Below, piece by piece: positions 47,499 to 60,830 of a stretch of 64,000 nt of DNA. Positions within the stretch are counted from its first letter, which is position 1. Every line of letters begins with the position of its first letter. The translations under genes were made by a program, and so were the position numbers. The stretch is from Zygnema circumcarinatum SAG 698-1b (lineage: Eukaryota > Plantae > Zygnematophyceae): assembly GCA_037447605.1 (NCBI GenBank), contig CM074804.1, forward strand, positions 1,178,001 to 1,242,000. The letters are read 5' to 3'. The notes under the pieces are model-generated. The model saw only the letters and a list, made by a program, of their open reading frames with translations, made no database searches and was not told where the DNA came from.

Positions 47499-48514
47499 GA
47501 GAGAGAGAGGGAGAGAGAGAGAGAGAGAGAGAGGAGCCCAATAAGTGGAGATAAGGCAGTCATCGCTCCTCACGATGAAAGTCATCGCCACTGGTTGTTT
47601 ACGATTCCCTTCATCCGCTTCTAAGTCTTCGAGCCAAGTTCAAGGTTGCGTCGATTCGACTTCGGATCCTTGTCTTCGTCCTCTTTGGCTGCACACAAGG
47701 GAGGGAGGGAGGGAGGGAGGGAGGGAGGGAGGGCTCTCCCGCAGAGAGAAAGCTTCACTCGGCGGCGGGCTTCAGCCCCCAACTCTGAACCCCATTTAAC
47801 TTTTCTGGCGTAGAACAGTTCTGCAGCTTAACTTTACCATTTCCGTTATTTACTTGTCGTGGTCTTAACTTATCGAGGACCGAGACGCCAGTGTACAAAA
47901 TAGAACTGAGACAGAAGAGAGGAGAAACTGGAACTGAAACATTGCATGTGAAGGGGGCACTGCCTCTTTCCTCAGGGTAATTTAGGGCACAGTCAGGATA
48001 TAAGTCGCTCTGGGGCTAGAAAGGTAATTTGAGTATATATGCAATTTCTGGGAATTAGAAGGCGCACAAAAAGGTGAAAGCGCCTCCCACCGGCTCTAGT
48101 AATAGAGGTCCCCTTCTTGCAGAATTTAATTATGATGGGCTGTAAAAGTATTTTAGAGAGGTTTAGGCTTTTGAGTGTAGGCTTTCTTGGAGATTTTGAT
48201 TTATTTTACCAATAAGTTATTTGTTCACTCTCGTGTGCTATCGGTGGAACCCTTCAAGATGCTCCATTTTGATTTCTCTTTTCGTCTGTTTGAAGTTAGG
48301 GTCCATCCATCTAATGTTGTGATCCGACCATTCACATAAATATTGACGGACAATTTCGGCCGTCAATTATTGTTCATTTTTGTTTTAAAACTAAAAAAAA
48401 AATTGTGGAAACAATCCCCGAAAAGAGTAACATTGGATTTTTCTTTGTTATTCAATCTTAGAATCCAGCAAAAACAAAAATAATCGGTTTAATTACAGGG
48501 AAGAACATGTGCTT

Positions 48515-50777
48515 TCATACGATCGGAGGCAGCAAATTGCAGCGCATGACCAGCCTCCGAAAGTCCTCCACGTTCAACTGCGCGTGAAGGAGTTCGAGAT
48601 CGCGAGAGAAAGAGAGGAGACCGATGATTAGAGTGGATCCAATGGAGCATGGATTAACCCTGACCAACAGAGTTAAACATTATGTCGTGGATACCATTTT
48701 CTACCTCTTTTTATTTCTTTTTTTGCACCTTTTAGTGGCGTGTGGGCCGCACCTTCCCATCGCAGTCCGCGTCGAACAGTGCGACCATGTCGTGCAGTTC
48801 GTCGTCGCTCCAACTCAAGTCATGAGAGGTCGCAACGCGAGCAATGTCATCTGTTCGCACCGCTCCTCGGCCTCTCTCTGAGAGGGAAAAAAAGGGGGGG
48901 AAGGGGTGGGGGGGGGAAGACGAAGGGGTTCAGAGAAAGAAAAGTAGATAGGTGAGGGGAAGAGGAAGGGGAAGGGGCCAAAAACAATAAAGGGGTGAAG
49001 GTTTGGGGTGTGGGGAGATTTCAAGTTTTAATTCTGTTTCAATCTCTGCTTTCACGTTCATCCGGGTTGTCACTTAAAACTGTAAGTACATGATCACGGT
49101 AGATTGCGTGAATGCCACAATATAATTTAAATTTAAAAAAAATGGAACTTACGAACTCCACATTTTTCACCCACCGTCAAAAATGAAGAACATCAGATCG
49201 ACCTCCTCCTGTGACAGAGTGAATCTTTCTGCAATTTTCCGTTTCTGCGCATGAATCAAAGAAAGAAGTCGATCCTTAAAAGTCTAAAAAATTTCCCGTA
49301 AAAACAAAAACTCACACCCTTCCCCACTCCCTCCCTCCTCCCTCTCTCTCCCTGAAAACTCTAACGGCTTTCGAAAAACAAAAATTCTCATGATCTAAAG
49401 CTAAAGATTCTCCTTCGTGAACCCCCCAAACCCCAAAACTCAATGAAATTATCGATTGTTTACTTCAGGGAGGAGAGAGGGATGGGGAGGGAGCGAGGGA
49501 GGGGAGGGACGGAGGCAGAAGGGGGGACAGAAAGAGAGAGAAAGAAAGGGAGAAAGAGAGAGAGAGAAGAAAGAGAGAGGGGAGAGAGAGTGGGGGAGGG
49601 AGAGAGGAAACTTGAAAACCTCTAAACCCAGAATTTACAGGTAAGAATAATCTCCCCCGCCCTTCCTCCCCCACACCTTTAAATTTCCATTTCTTCGCTG
49701 TTTCGTGGCTGAGGCCGCAGCTACTGTAGACCCGCCAGGTGGCGCACTCCCAGTGGCTGACCTCGACGAGACTTTTGAAGCAGTTTGGGGAAAATCATTT
49801 TTCACTTCCGCCCTTTGAGGAGATGAACTGAAGGAAACGCCTAAGGACAAAGCCATAGCCTGCGGACAGAGACATAAGAAAAAGTCAGAAAATAATAGAA
49901 GGAAAAAAGTATAACTATATAGAAAGGCTGTAATGTATTGCACGAAAGGACATTAAAGTCCACAGAATTTTTAATAAATGAATGATTGAATAATTTGAAA
50001 CAAGTAATATAATAATTAAGCAGACAAAGGACGTACACATTGAATCAAATCAATCTAGAAACGAATAAAGGGAGAGAAAAGAAGAAAGCGAATGCAACCT
50101 GCTGGATGGCGAGCTCCTCTTCGTCGAGTCCCATTTCTGCCGCCGCCTCCGAAGCCATGGCCGCCAGGGAGGGGCCTGCCTTGCTGCCACGTGCCCCCTG
50201 ACGAGGGAGGGAGGGAGGGAATAAAAAACGAAGCCTTAGCCGCAAAGGAACTTTTAAAAATTAAAGGAAGATTAAAAAATAGGAAGAGAGAGAGAGCGAT
50301 ACAGAGAGAGAGAGGGGGGGAGAGACGGAGGACACCCACCTGCCGACCTTTCCATCTCTCCAATTCCTCACAGTCTTCCTCTTCCCGCCACGTGTGAGCC
50401 TCTCCACCCTGTCCTCCTCCTTCGTCCTCATCCTCCTCCTCCGCCTCCTCCTCCCCACAAGAGGGCTCATACTCCTCTCCCCCCTCTCCCTCTTCTCCAT
50501 CCTTCCCTTCCCTCCCTTCCTCTCCCTCCTCCCATTCTTCCTCCACAAGAAGCTTCTTGCCGCCTGTCACTCTCCGTATACGCTCCGACCTCCTCACCGC
50601 CCCCACCGGCGGCAAACTATTTACAAATGAGGGCCTTTTTGCAGTGGACTTTTGTGAATTATTTACCGCGGTTGAAAGATTTTGGGCCGCTTCGGGCAGA
50701 CCGAGCTCGGCGAGGAGACGGCGGTTGCGCGCGATCAGCTCCGCGCGTTCCCGCTCGTAGGGGGAGGGCTCCGCCAT
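48515..50777 (-). CDS. C-terminal EF-hand protein with N-terminal YERER..IARNRRLLAELG motif (At5g28830-like)
   Basis: MAEPSPYERERAELIARNRRLLAELGL..VRRSERIR..|..DEEELAIQQ|AMALSL..|..FTLSQEEVDLMFFIFD|ERGRGAVRTDDIARVATSHDLSWSDDELHDMVALFDADCDGK|LNVEDFRRLVMRCNLLPPIV*. Confidence 0.8.
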
Positions 50778-51368
50778 GGGAGAGAGGGAGGGAGAGAGGA
50801 GGAGAGGAGGAAGGGAGAGGGAAGGGGAAAGGTGGGGAGGGAGAGAGAGGGAGGGAAGGAGGGAGACGACGAGAGGGAGGAGAGGTGCAGGGAGGGAGAG
50901 AGGTATGGCGTCGGGAGGGGAGAATGGGGACGACGAGGGAGGGAGGTTGTTCGATGCGTTTGCGTATCACGACACAGGAACTGTGACTGAATCATACAAG
51001 GGCACCTCGGCACCTTGACTGTGCGTGTACCTCCCAAGCGGTGATCGTACGGCTCTCGTTCGCCACTGGCGTGTGGATCCAATGGTAAATTATTGCAGAC
51101 ACACTGTAAACTGTACACGAATCACGTGTCGCCACGTGTGAAACTGCACACGTAGTAGGCTGTGATTGGGTGATTACAGACGCGAAAAAGACATTACGGA
51201 ATGAAAATGCGAATCCGAAGATTTGTAGTTCCAGCGTGGCGAAACGGCGAGCTCCCATTCGTCGAACGGGTTCTAAGTGAACTGCGGATCCGGGCGTTCC
51301 ATGCAGAAGGGCGGTCAAGGGGGGATAGGGCGCTAGCTGGCGGAGGCGGAAGGCGGGGGAAGGGCGCC

Positions 51369-54300
51369 ATGGCGGGGAGGCAGGGAGGGGGGAAATACGA
51401 GGCGGGGCCGCCATGGCTGTTCCGGGGAAGGTGAGGAGCAGGGAGGGGGGGAGAGGGAGGGGGGGAGGGAGGGAGGGAGGGAGGGAGGGAGGGTGGGAGG
51501 GAGGGAGGGGGACTGAGGTGATGTTGAGGATGGGGGCCTGATGTTGGGAGTGATGTTGAGATTTATATTCCTTGCAATGTTGTCGATAATGGTGAGAGTG
51601 ATGTTGGGAGTGCTGCAGGGCGGTGTACCAGCTACATCTGGTGAAGGCGGATGTCGCCCGCCGCATCATTCCGACGGACCTGCGCATCGTCGAGGCTTTT
51701 GGGTACTGTTCTATGCCTTCAATTTTGCTTCCGAGTTCCCTAGTTTGGCCTTTCCTCGCTCGCTTTATAGTGAATAGGAGCACTAACGTACTCTTTTTGT
51801 CGTCAGTTTCTTGCAGAGGTTTTAATTTCTACTTTTCTATTTTTTTTTGTTTGTTTGTTTTCTGCCGGCAGGTATACTCTGGGAGGGCTTTACTATGCGC
51901 AGTATGACGACAGCCCTGCTGGAAAATTTGATGAAGTATAACTCGCTCTCCTTTTCATCAGTATGCGAAAGAGGGGTATAGAAGGGCGGTGAAGGGGGAG
52001 AGGTGAGGTGAGAGAGAGAGCGAGGGAGAGAGAAAGAAACAGGGAGAGAGAGAGAGAGAGGAAAAGGGAAAAAGGGAGAGAGAGCTAGAGTGAAAGGGAA
52101 GTGGAGGCCGGGGGAGGGAGGACAAGGAAGGATTTTTGTTGTGGCAGAAAATTCTCATTGGAATTCATGCAGAGTTTCTCTTTTAAACCATCTCTGACAT
52201 TTTACGATCATTTCGTTCGTTTCCATGGTGGTGGGCTGTAGGACAGCTTGTTGCATTGGCGGGCATTGTGTGGAACCCCCCCACCTCTTGCGCGTGAGTG
52301 CCCCTTCTCCCATCTCTCTCTCTCCCTCTCTCCCTCTCTGCCTCCCTGTCCCTCTCGCTGTGTCTCTCTCCTTCTCACTTTCGTCCCCTTTCGCCATCTT
52401 TTCTTCTGTCCCTCCTCTCTTCCTCTCCCACTCTCTTCCCCACTACTGTCTTTCTTTCTTTCCTCCCTCCTCGCCTTCTACGCAGTCCTTCACTCTCACA
52501 TGTTCCATCAAGTTATACGCTTCATACAGGAAAGCGTGGTGTGCATATATCTGACACGTGGCATGTGGCCTGGCCTCATATCTCCAATGGGAGGGTGCCA
52601 GCTGGGCGGCGAGAGTGTTGGTCGACAGCGCTGAGGCGCGCACTCACGGAATTGAGGTGAGCAGCCTATCACTGAACGCCACATCAGCACTCTTCCGCTC
52701 TGTCCTCTCTCTGATAGGAGGAGGGAGAGCATTGCGCCATGGCTGACAAGCTCGAGAGAGAGGGAGAGTGAGCCAGCGAGAGAGAGTGATCTGAGAGACA
52801 TTGAGAGGCATTCTGTAGAGAAGTCAGATGCGGACAAAGAGGGAGAAAGGTAACGAAGAGGGGCTTAGGGAGTGAGGCAAGTAGGAGAGGGAGATGGAGA
52901 GAGAGAGGCGCCGGCTGCTACTAACTGTCCTCTCCCTCTCCTTCCCTCCCCTCCCTTCCCTTCTCTCGCCAGAAAGTGGGCCTCCCCAGCCGGCTCGCCT
53001 CCTTCTCCAAAGTGTGCTCCCCTCCGCCCCCCCGTTGCGACATTCAATTTTTTGCCACATTCATTTTTGCGCTAAATTCAACTCCTTTGGCGTAGAAGTC
53101 AGCTACTGTATTTAGTCTGCGTTTTCTTTTTCTTCTCGTTTTTTTTGCCTCTTCTTAACATTTTTCTTCAATGTGTCGGCAGGCGCGTGCTTGTTTGAGC
53201 AAAGACGCGCCAAAAAAGTTTGGGTTTGGGCGGAGGCGAGAGAGGGAGGCGGCGGGGCGGGAGGTGGTCGATGTGGCGGATGTTGACGGAACTGAAACGG
53301 AGGCTCTATGCAGGATCTGGCTGCCTCCTGAAAGTGAGAGTCTTTGCGCTGGCCCGCAAAGGGTGTTGTGAATGGCTTTATCTCATGCTTGCTCCGTCGC
53401 TTTCTTTTATTCGTTTGTATGTATCGCTAGTAATCATTGATGATTTCCATTTTTTTTTCTGATTGATAACTTACCATATTTCTTAGTTTTTGGGGGTGTG
53501 GGGGTGGGGGGAGAGGGGGGGTAGAACCGGCGAAGAGCCCGGATTGGCCAAGAATTAAAATGCTGCTGCCAAGTTTCAGGTAACCCTCATAGTTGCACCA
53601 CTGGACTCTTCTCTTTATATCTCCCCACTCTCTCTCTCTCACCTGCTCTGCATCTCTCTCTCTCTCTCTGTCTCTCTCTCTCTCTCTCTCTGTCTCCGTA
53701 TCAGTTACAAAACCAGAGAGGCGCTCTGTAAACTGATCTGCTATTGTCAGAACACGAATTTAGTTCAACTCGTCAATCTGAAATTGTTCACTGGTGATGA
53801 CAAATAATCAGTCAGTTTAGTCAGTCAGTCAGTCAGACGCTGCCTATGACATCCAAACTCATTGGATTGAGCAACTCCAAACAACAGAGCGGATCAAAAC
53901 AAGTACAGAGCAACAGCCGAGTCCATTTTTTGATGCGCCTCCTATGTACTGATTTCATGTTGCAGCGGACGGACGGCACATATTCCCGATCTGTTGTGGT
54001 ACGGCTGTAAACTAAACTGCAGGTGCGTGTGAACCCCTCCCCCCCCTCCCCCCTCTCCCCTCGTCAAAAAAAAAAAAATTAGAAAGTAAAAGGTAGTGAA
54101 TGAGAGAAGGGAGGAAAAAAAAATGCCAAAATCTTCAGCGTTTCATATGCGTTCCTTTTTTTTTTCACCTTTTTTGTATATTGGACAGCGTTCGAATAGT
54201 GGAGCCGGCCAATGTGGAGCTTCCACCTGGCGTGCAACGGAAATTCACGAGTCCGTCAGGTGGAACAGTCAACGGAACTGAAGCACATGGAGACGCCTCC

Positions 54301-54507
54301 GACCTTCAGAAGGTCCTCTCCGGCAGGCCCGTTTTGGCCCTCGCATTTGACAACCTGCGGATGCTGGTCGACGCGCCGCAGACATTGGTTGTGAAGGGAA
54401 AAAATGTAAAATCAAAAGCGGAAAAAAGTCCTTTGATTGTTGTCAGCCGGAAGCTGCCCGAAAGTCTGGGCAGTTCCGAGCCTTACCAGCTGCCATCGAG
54501 TTCATAA
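51369..54507 (+). CDS. NXD1: NEOXANTHIN-DEFICIENT 1-like protein; ~10 exons
   Basis: KYEAGPPWLFRGR|AVYQLHLVKADVARRIIP..VEAFG|YTLGGLYYAQYDDSPAGKFDE|LVALAGIVWNPPTSCA|WAARVLVDSAEARTHGIE|KVGLPSRLASFSK|..|..PRIKMLLPSFS|GRTAHIPDLLWYGC..|..VLSGRPVLALAFDNLRMLVDAP. Confidence 0.9.
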
Positions 54508-54864
54508 AACCTTCTTTTTTTGAGTTAGGGTTCAGATTTCATCTCCTGGAGTTAGGGGGGGAAGCCACGAGAGCTGCAGAATAGTTCCGACTACCAGATT
54601 CTTGATGGCTTTTTTGAGTTAGGGTTCAGATTTTAGGGTTTTGGACGGAAACGAATACAAGATACTACAAGAGATGTATTTGACCTCTCACAGAAGTCAA
54701 CCAATTTTGTGTACAGTTTTTTATTCGCAACTTGTGCTGGTTTTTGGAATCGGAAATGGTGCACTGAGCTGGCCTTGCCCGGTCGATTTTTTACATTTCC
54801 CGAGAGAAAATTGTGTGTTCTGGAAAGGTTCAGATAGGACTGGACTTCGGTTGAAGCCTGTGCC

Positions 54865-55200
54865 AATTGCCAACGGTTGGCAGGCATCCAACAGTTGGCG
54901 ACCATTGGCAAAGGTTATTGTTCGCAATTGGTTCCGACCATTGGCGTTGAACCCAGCCAACAATTTCAATAGTCGCAACCATTGGCAACCAATGGTTGGC
55001 TAAAGGTTGCCAACCCAATGGTCCCCACTGGTCAACCATTGCCAATTCTTTCGACCACTCCATCCAATGGTCGATAGCCATTGGCAACGGTTGACAACCG
55101 TTGGTTGGCGGACCCAGCCAGCCATGGCCATGGCTGACAACCATTGCCAATGGTTGGTTGCACCCCATTGAGCTCAACGGTTGGCAGCAACAGTTAACCG
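54865..55200. repeat. Degenerate array of CCATTGG/CCAATGG/CAACGGTTG palindromic units between NXD1 and USP
   Basis: Repeated accattggca, accaatggttgg, ccaacggttgg, caaccgttggttgg, caaccattgccaatggttgg. Confidence 0.75.
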
Positions 55201-55741
55201 TAACCCTACCGACGTTTGGAAAGCGGCAATCGGTTCTATGTTCGACGGCGGGGATGCCAGTCCAGTAAATAGAACCTGCCAAACGCTGACGACGAAACCA
55301 TGCTGAATTTAGCAGTTCAACTAGCAAGGAACGGTTTCCAAGTAGAACAATTACACGTGGAATATCTTCAGCCGTCGATGTGAACCACGTGGGTCGTTGT
55401 TTGCCGTCCGTGGCATGTGCGACGGATGGTCGGCCTCGCTGGCGGCGCCACGTCAGTGCCTTATCCCCTCGCCAGGTCAGCGCCGCAATTTTTCCTTGCC
55501 CTGGCGGTTCGTCCAATAAGGGTCCCTGCCAGCGCGCAGGGAGGGAGGGAGGGTTCAGGGCCGAGCGGAGCTGCGAGGGCTGCAGGGGTTTGTGGGAGAG
55601 GGAGGAGGGCCTGGGTTCAGGGTCTCTACTGCAAGCACAGATCGGCAGGCAGGCAGGCAGGGTTCAGGGCTGGAAGGGTCCGATCTAAGGAGTGCAGCAG
55701 AGCGCAGGGTTTAAGCGGCAAAGGGTTTAGGGTTTTGCAAG

Positions 55742-57075
55742 ATGCCGGCTTGCGCGGTGCGCGTGCAGGTGGCCAGCCATGTCCGGACCAAGGCGGCTGC
55801 GGAGAAGGTGGGGCGGGGTTCAGAGAGGACGGTGGTAGTGGCCGTAGACGAGACCGAAGCCGCCATGGATGCCCTTTCTTACGCTTTCAAGAGCTATGGC
55901 GGGCCGGGGGACAGACTCGTCCTTGTACACGTGGCGCTTCCTGCAGATCGTGAGTCTTTAAACCCTCCCAAAGCCTCAACTTGCCGGGTAGGGTCCAGAC
56001 GCTCTCCTTCGTTTCCAGTTTCGGCTTCCATTGCTTGACTTTGGGAGTTGACTCTGGTTGACTCTGGGCGTTCACCTTGGTTGACTTTGCAGCCTACTGC
56101 GAGAACGTGCAGCAAGACGCGGCGGAGATTCGGCGGAGCGAGAAGGTCCTGCAGCGCTTCTTGGAGAAGGCCACCATTGCTAAAGTAAGCTTCTTCTCCC
56201 ACTTTTTCCCCTTGCACTTTTTTTGCGTCTGCCTCGTCCTCGTCTTTCTTTCTGCTTTATGTCTTTCCCGACCAACCTGGCGACTCCTCTCCTTCTCTCG
56301 TCCTCCCTGTCACTTGCATCCCTTCATACCTCCCTTCTTTCCTCGTAGGCAGGGGAAGCCGAGTGAGAAAGAGAAGGGTGGAAGGGGAAGAAATGCAGTC
56401 ATTTTAGACAAGAGAATATCGGCTTTCTTCATGTCAATCCGTGTTCAGTTTATCAAGTCATTTGCTCGACATTGCACTTCGCTCACTCTCATTTGATCTA
56501 CCGTCACTCTACATTTTCAATCTACATTGCTTGACTAGGAAAAAAAAGTTAATTTTTGGTTTGGTGGCGACGGCGTTTCAGATTTCGGCGGAGGCCCACG
56601 TGTTGGTGGGAGAGCCTCGCACGGAACTCGAGGAGTTTGTGCTCCTCGTGAAGCCGGATGCTGTGGTGGTGGGGAGGGGAAGACTGAACCTTTTTGCGAG
56701 GTGAGGCTTAAATGCTGAGCAGAGATTACACTGCTTCCTTAAGAGGCAAAATCTGACATGTGCTGTCAAGATCGTTTTTTGGTCTTTATGTGGCTCTTCT
56801 ATAGACGACTGTGGTGATGTCTTTTTTATGTGATGTTGAAAAGTGTTGTTTTGGTGTTGTTATGATATTGAGTCTATCAACGTTGCGAGTATCCTGTTGG
56901 GGTCATGACTGTGATGGTAATGTTGCGACTCTCATGATGATGTTGTGCCATGATGATTTGCAGGATGCTTTTGGGCAGCGTGAGCGACCATCTTGCACAC
57001 CACTGCCCGTGCCCTGTGCTCATAGTGAATTCTGGAACTGCGAAGCTTCAGTCGGAGGCCGATTCACATGTATAA
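55742..57075 (+). CDS. Universal stress protein A (UspA) family; 4 exons, start uncertain
   Basis: RTVVVAVDETEAAMDALSYA..GDRLVLVHV..|..|ISAEAHVLVGEPRTELEEFV..PDAVVVGRGRLNLFAR|MLLGSVSDHLAHHCPCPVLIV. Confidence 0.9.
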
Positions 57076-58358
57076 GTGGAGCGTTTTGTTTTGTGGTGAC
57101 GGAAACCGAAACTGGATGCCACTTGTAACAGATTCTCAAAGTGTGCGGCTCCAATTTTCCAATTGAGAAAAGTTTGAAAAGAGGTAAAGGCTGTATATTT
57201 GGCGAAAGTATGTTTACACAGCTTTTTTTGCGTTCACAGAGATTGTTGTAGGGTAGTGGGAGAATGCGGTATCCAGAGTGTTCTTAAGAGCGCTACGTTA
57301 TTGTACGTTACGAAGTAGGTCAATGAGTTTGGCACCTCTTTTTGGGGGAACTTAAAATCCCCAAATAGTGATATAGTGTAACGACTATTTTAAGGCAGGA
57401 ATGCCTTTTAGGTAAAGTAGTAATGTCTATTCTACGCACAGAACTATACAAGCTAGATATCGAGTGTGTCTGTCTAGAAATTGCTGTTCATCTCGGGTTG
57501 TTTGCTTTTACTACTATACTATGCTTACAGTTGTCTACGACTGAGGAGGGCAAGAATGAGCCCGAAAGAGAGAAATAGGGGGAGACCGAGAGTGAGCGGG
57601 AAATGGAAAAGGCCTACTAGAGCTTTGTTTGTACAAGTTTTGGAAATTTTGGAAATTTTGGAAATGAGCAACGACGTTTTGAAGTGTTCCCGGATTTATA
57701 TGATTTGATGTGACATGCCTGGTGAATTTCTATGCGTGTACCTGGGGATGTTTGTAGAAGTCTAGGGGTCTTTGAAACTGTAAAGCTTGAACTAGACTCT
57801 AAATCTCAACGCTCGACCCTAACCCTAATCCCAGATACCGTGAGCAGGCCATTGCAGCAAGTGGCATAGTGCTTTCAGTGTGTACTGCAAAACAGATCAG
57901 CCGAAAGCAATTCACGTGCCGGAGACCCTAACTTTTAGCGACTCTAAACCTTTAAAAAGCCATAGACTAGTAGGTAACAGACTTGGTGAAAGATCGAAAC
58001 AGACTTTGTTGGACTTTTCTTTGAATGAAATATTCTGTTCGTTACTGTCACCACTTATTTCATGAGACGGCGTGTATTAATTTTCGAGTATCAAAACTAT
58101 GAAACTTTTTCATTATAAGGCTGAAACCCCCTACTCTAATGAATGTCAGCTGCAATTCGAAGTCAACATGTGAAGATTAGTTCTTCGAGTGTCTTGCGCT
58201 GAATCCATATCTTACATGCAGGAAGTGGCAGTCACAGACGACCAGTTCTCAAACACTGAACCCTTCAACCCTTCATCCAGAACCTAAACCAGAACCCCAA
58301 ATCCACCCTAAACCTGAACCCTACCTAAACCCTGAACTCTGAAGCTGAACCCTAAAGC

Positions 58359-60489
58359 CTACCCCTGGGCTTTTCCCCCACAGGCGAGACACTCCCGCTG
58401 CCCTCTGCCCCCGCACGCAGCGCAGCTCTTGGCTATGGCTGTCGGGCTCTTGATGGGCCCAAACGGATCGTCCACAAATTCACTCTTTAGGAAGCCGAGG
58501 GGCCCTCCGCCCTCCACTCCCCTCCCCCTGCAGGCTTTGCAGGGATGCCGCCCCGCGCCTCCGCAATCCAAGCATAACCCTAAATTTCTGTAGCAAGAAA
58601 GGGTGGAAATAAGGGACAAACGTAAGAAATCATAATGGTTGCAGCTTGTGATCAAGACGGAAGGCAAGTAGTTCTCCCTCGAAGCTTATATATGGGATAG
58701 GGAAGACACATAATGGAATGATTGAGCCTGTGTAGTTGATTGAGACATGCTTCTAAAGCAAGAATGCAGGGATGGATGAATGCTTCTGCAGAGAGCGAGA
58801 GAGGCTTCAGTGCTATTGTGGGAGAGGAAAGGGGACAAACGAGAGGGGGAGTGGGAGAGAGAGAGAGATGAGGGGAAGTGGAGGGGGGAGGCCGAGGGAG
58901 AGTGGGAAGGGAAGGAGAGGGCCGAAAGGAGACAGGGGGAAAGGAAAGCGGGAGGGAGAGTGGTAGAGGCGGGGGGGGAAGGGGAAAGGGAGAGTGGAAG
59001 AGGGGGAGGGAAAGGGGGTAGGGAGAGTGGGAGAGAGTGAAAGGGGGTGAGGAAGAGTGGCAAAGGTGGAGGGAAATGGGGGAAGGGACATCGGGAGGGG
59101 GGGAGGGAAAGGGAGGGAGGAAGAGTGCGAGACGGTAGTGAAAGGGGGTGAGGGAGAGTGGCAAGGGTGAGGCGGAGTGGGGGGAGGGAAAGTGGGAAAG
59201 TGGGAGGGAGAAGGGGAAAGAGGGGGAGGGAGAGTGGGAGATGGGGAGGGAAGGGGGGGTTGGGGAAGAGTGGGAATGGGGAAGGGCAAGGGGGAGACGG
59301 AGAGCGGTGGAGGGGAGGGAAAGGGGGGAGGGAGAGTGGGAGAGGGAATTCGAGTGAGTGTGAGGTTCAAGAAGCAGTGACCATGCAGAAGATGCAGAAA
59401 TACCCATATCGCTTGCATCACATCCCATCATAAGGAGCTTACTATTATTCTGTGAAAGTGAGATGACCTTGCATAATGCATCAGCTTCAGACTTCAGATT
59501 TGCGAAACATCCCTCTGTACACCAGATGAAGTAGGAAACCTCTATCACATCTTTGAAGTTCAGTTTTCACCATGGACCATTGCAACTACGTAAAACTGAT
59601 GACAACGATGAATTCATACGGCCGTCGTCATCAAGAAATCCTCGTCCCTCCCCCTCACCTCGCCTCTCTCTCACCCGTCCCTTCATCTCTCTCTCGCTCG
59701 CCCTCTCACTCCCTCGCGCTCGCTCGGCCTCTCTCTCTGGTATGCAGATGGAAAAGAAACGGCATGCCCACCAATGCAATCCATTTCCATTGAAGGAAAA
59801 ATGCTTGGCAAGCAAAAACATCGTACGACCTAAAACCAAAAAATAGCCCTCGCACGAATATGTTGAAATTATCCTAAGCAGCAAAGCGTGAACTGAAAGC
59901 TGAAATTTTTGCAATTGCAAAAGAAACCCCAAGATTGAGCTTGAAAAGAGCGCTAGAACAGACAAAAAAGTTGCACGATTGGATGAATGAGATGATGTGG
60001 TCTTCCGAAGGACTTCGAAAGACAGGCAACATTTATGCCCTTAAAAAAATTCACTCTGCAAGTTTTCTTCAGAACAATTTGTAAAGGAACGCAGATACAG
60101 CTCAGTACCCATCTCTTGTAATCAACACACAGCAGAAGCAAGTGAATGACTATTTGCAATTCTGTGCCCAAAAAGAACCGAACTCCAATCCTTGAAAAGA
60201 AACAACATTTCTACCATTGGTCTTGCTTTCTAATTGCTTCTCAAACAGGCAATAACTGCAGAAATTTTTCATATGCCGGAGCAGGAATCAGTGAAACTAC
60301 TTCACCCCGCATTTCTCTATTTTTTTTGTTTGTTTTTGCGTACCTTCTCTGAATCTTTGCCACGAGGGAATCAAACTTGGGAGCATTTGCTGCAGCCACA
60401 AGAATGGCGGCTCCAAAGACCATTCCTGCCGTCTCATTCGGAGTAAATGGGGCAAACCCTAAAGTCTCAGCGATGGAAATCGCCGGCAT
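58359..60489 (-). CDS. Small DnaJ-type cysteine-rich zinc-finger protein with N-terminal TM (At2g24395-like); 2 coding exons
   Basis: MPAISIAETLG..GMVFGAAILVAAANAPKFDSLVAKIQRR|NLGLCLDCGGAGRHPCKACRGRG..CAACGGRGQRECLACGG: four CxxCxGxG-like repeats. Intron ~60341-58593. Confidence 0.85.
58790..59350 (+). repeat. Intronic polypurine/G-rich tract
   Basis: ~560 bp G/A-rich run inside the DnaJ-like intron. Confidence 0.85.
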
Positions 60490-60830
60490 GGCTGAAAATA
60501 AGCTCAGACGATGAACAAATATATCGACGAGGGAATAGGAAAAGCTATATCTGAATGCAGGAAAATCCTTCCCTTGCTTGTTTGTCTGATTACCTAGAAT
60601 GGGTCCCGAGGATTCCTTGAATTTCTGCTGTGCCTGAAAAGGCAGGAACGCGTTTGCTGGTTTCAAGACGGTACGAGCTTATGACGGACGAACTCTGCTC
60701 GTCCGAGTGAAGACGTACGTATAACAGTACTTAACTAGCCAGTAGGTTCAGTTAGTAGTCAGTAGCTAATTAGGTTTATGAAGTAAAGAAAGCAAGCAGT
60801 CGTGTCGGCTATCTTAACATACTTCCGTCC

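Noticed and set aside
50992-51783. 263-aa minus ORF with a transit-peptide-like middle
   Set aside because: Antisense to NXD1 exons 1-2, which explain the region.
58652-60171. ORFs or a snoRNA inside the long DnaJ-like intron
   Set aside because: Low-complexity translations; no convincing C/D or H/ACA box pair seen.
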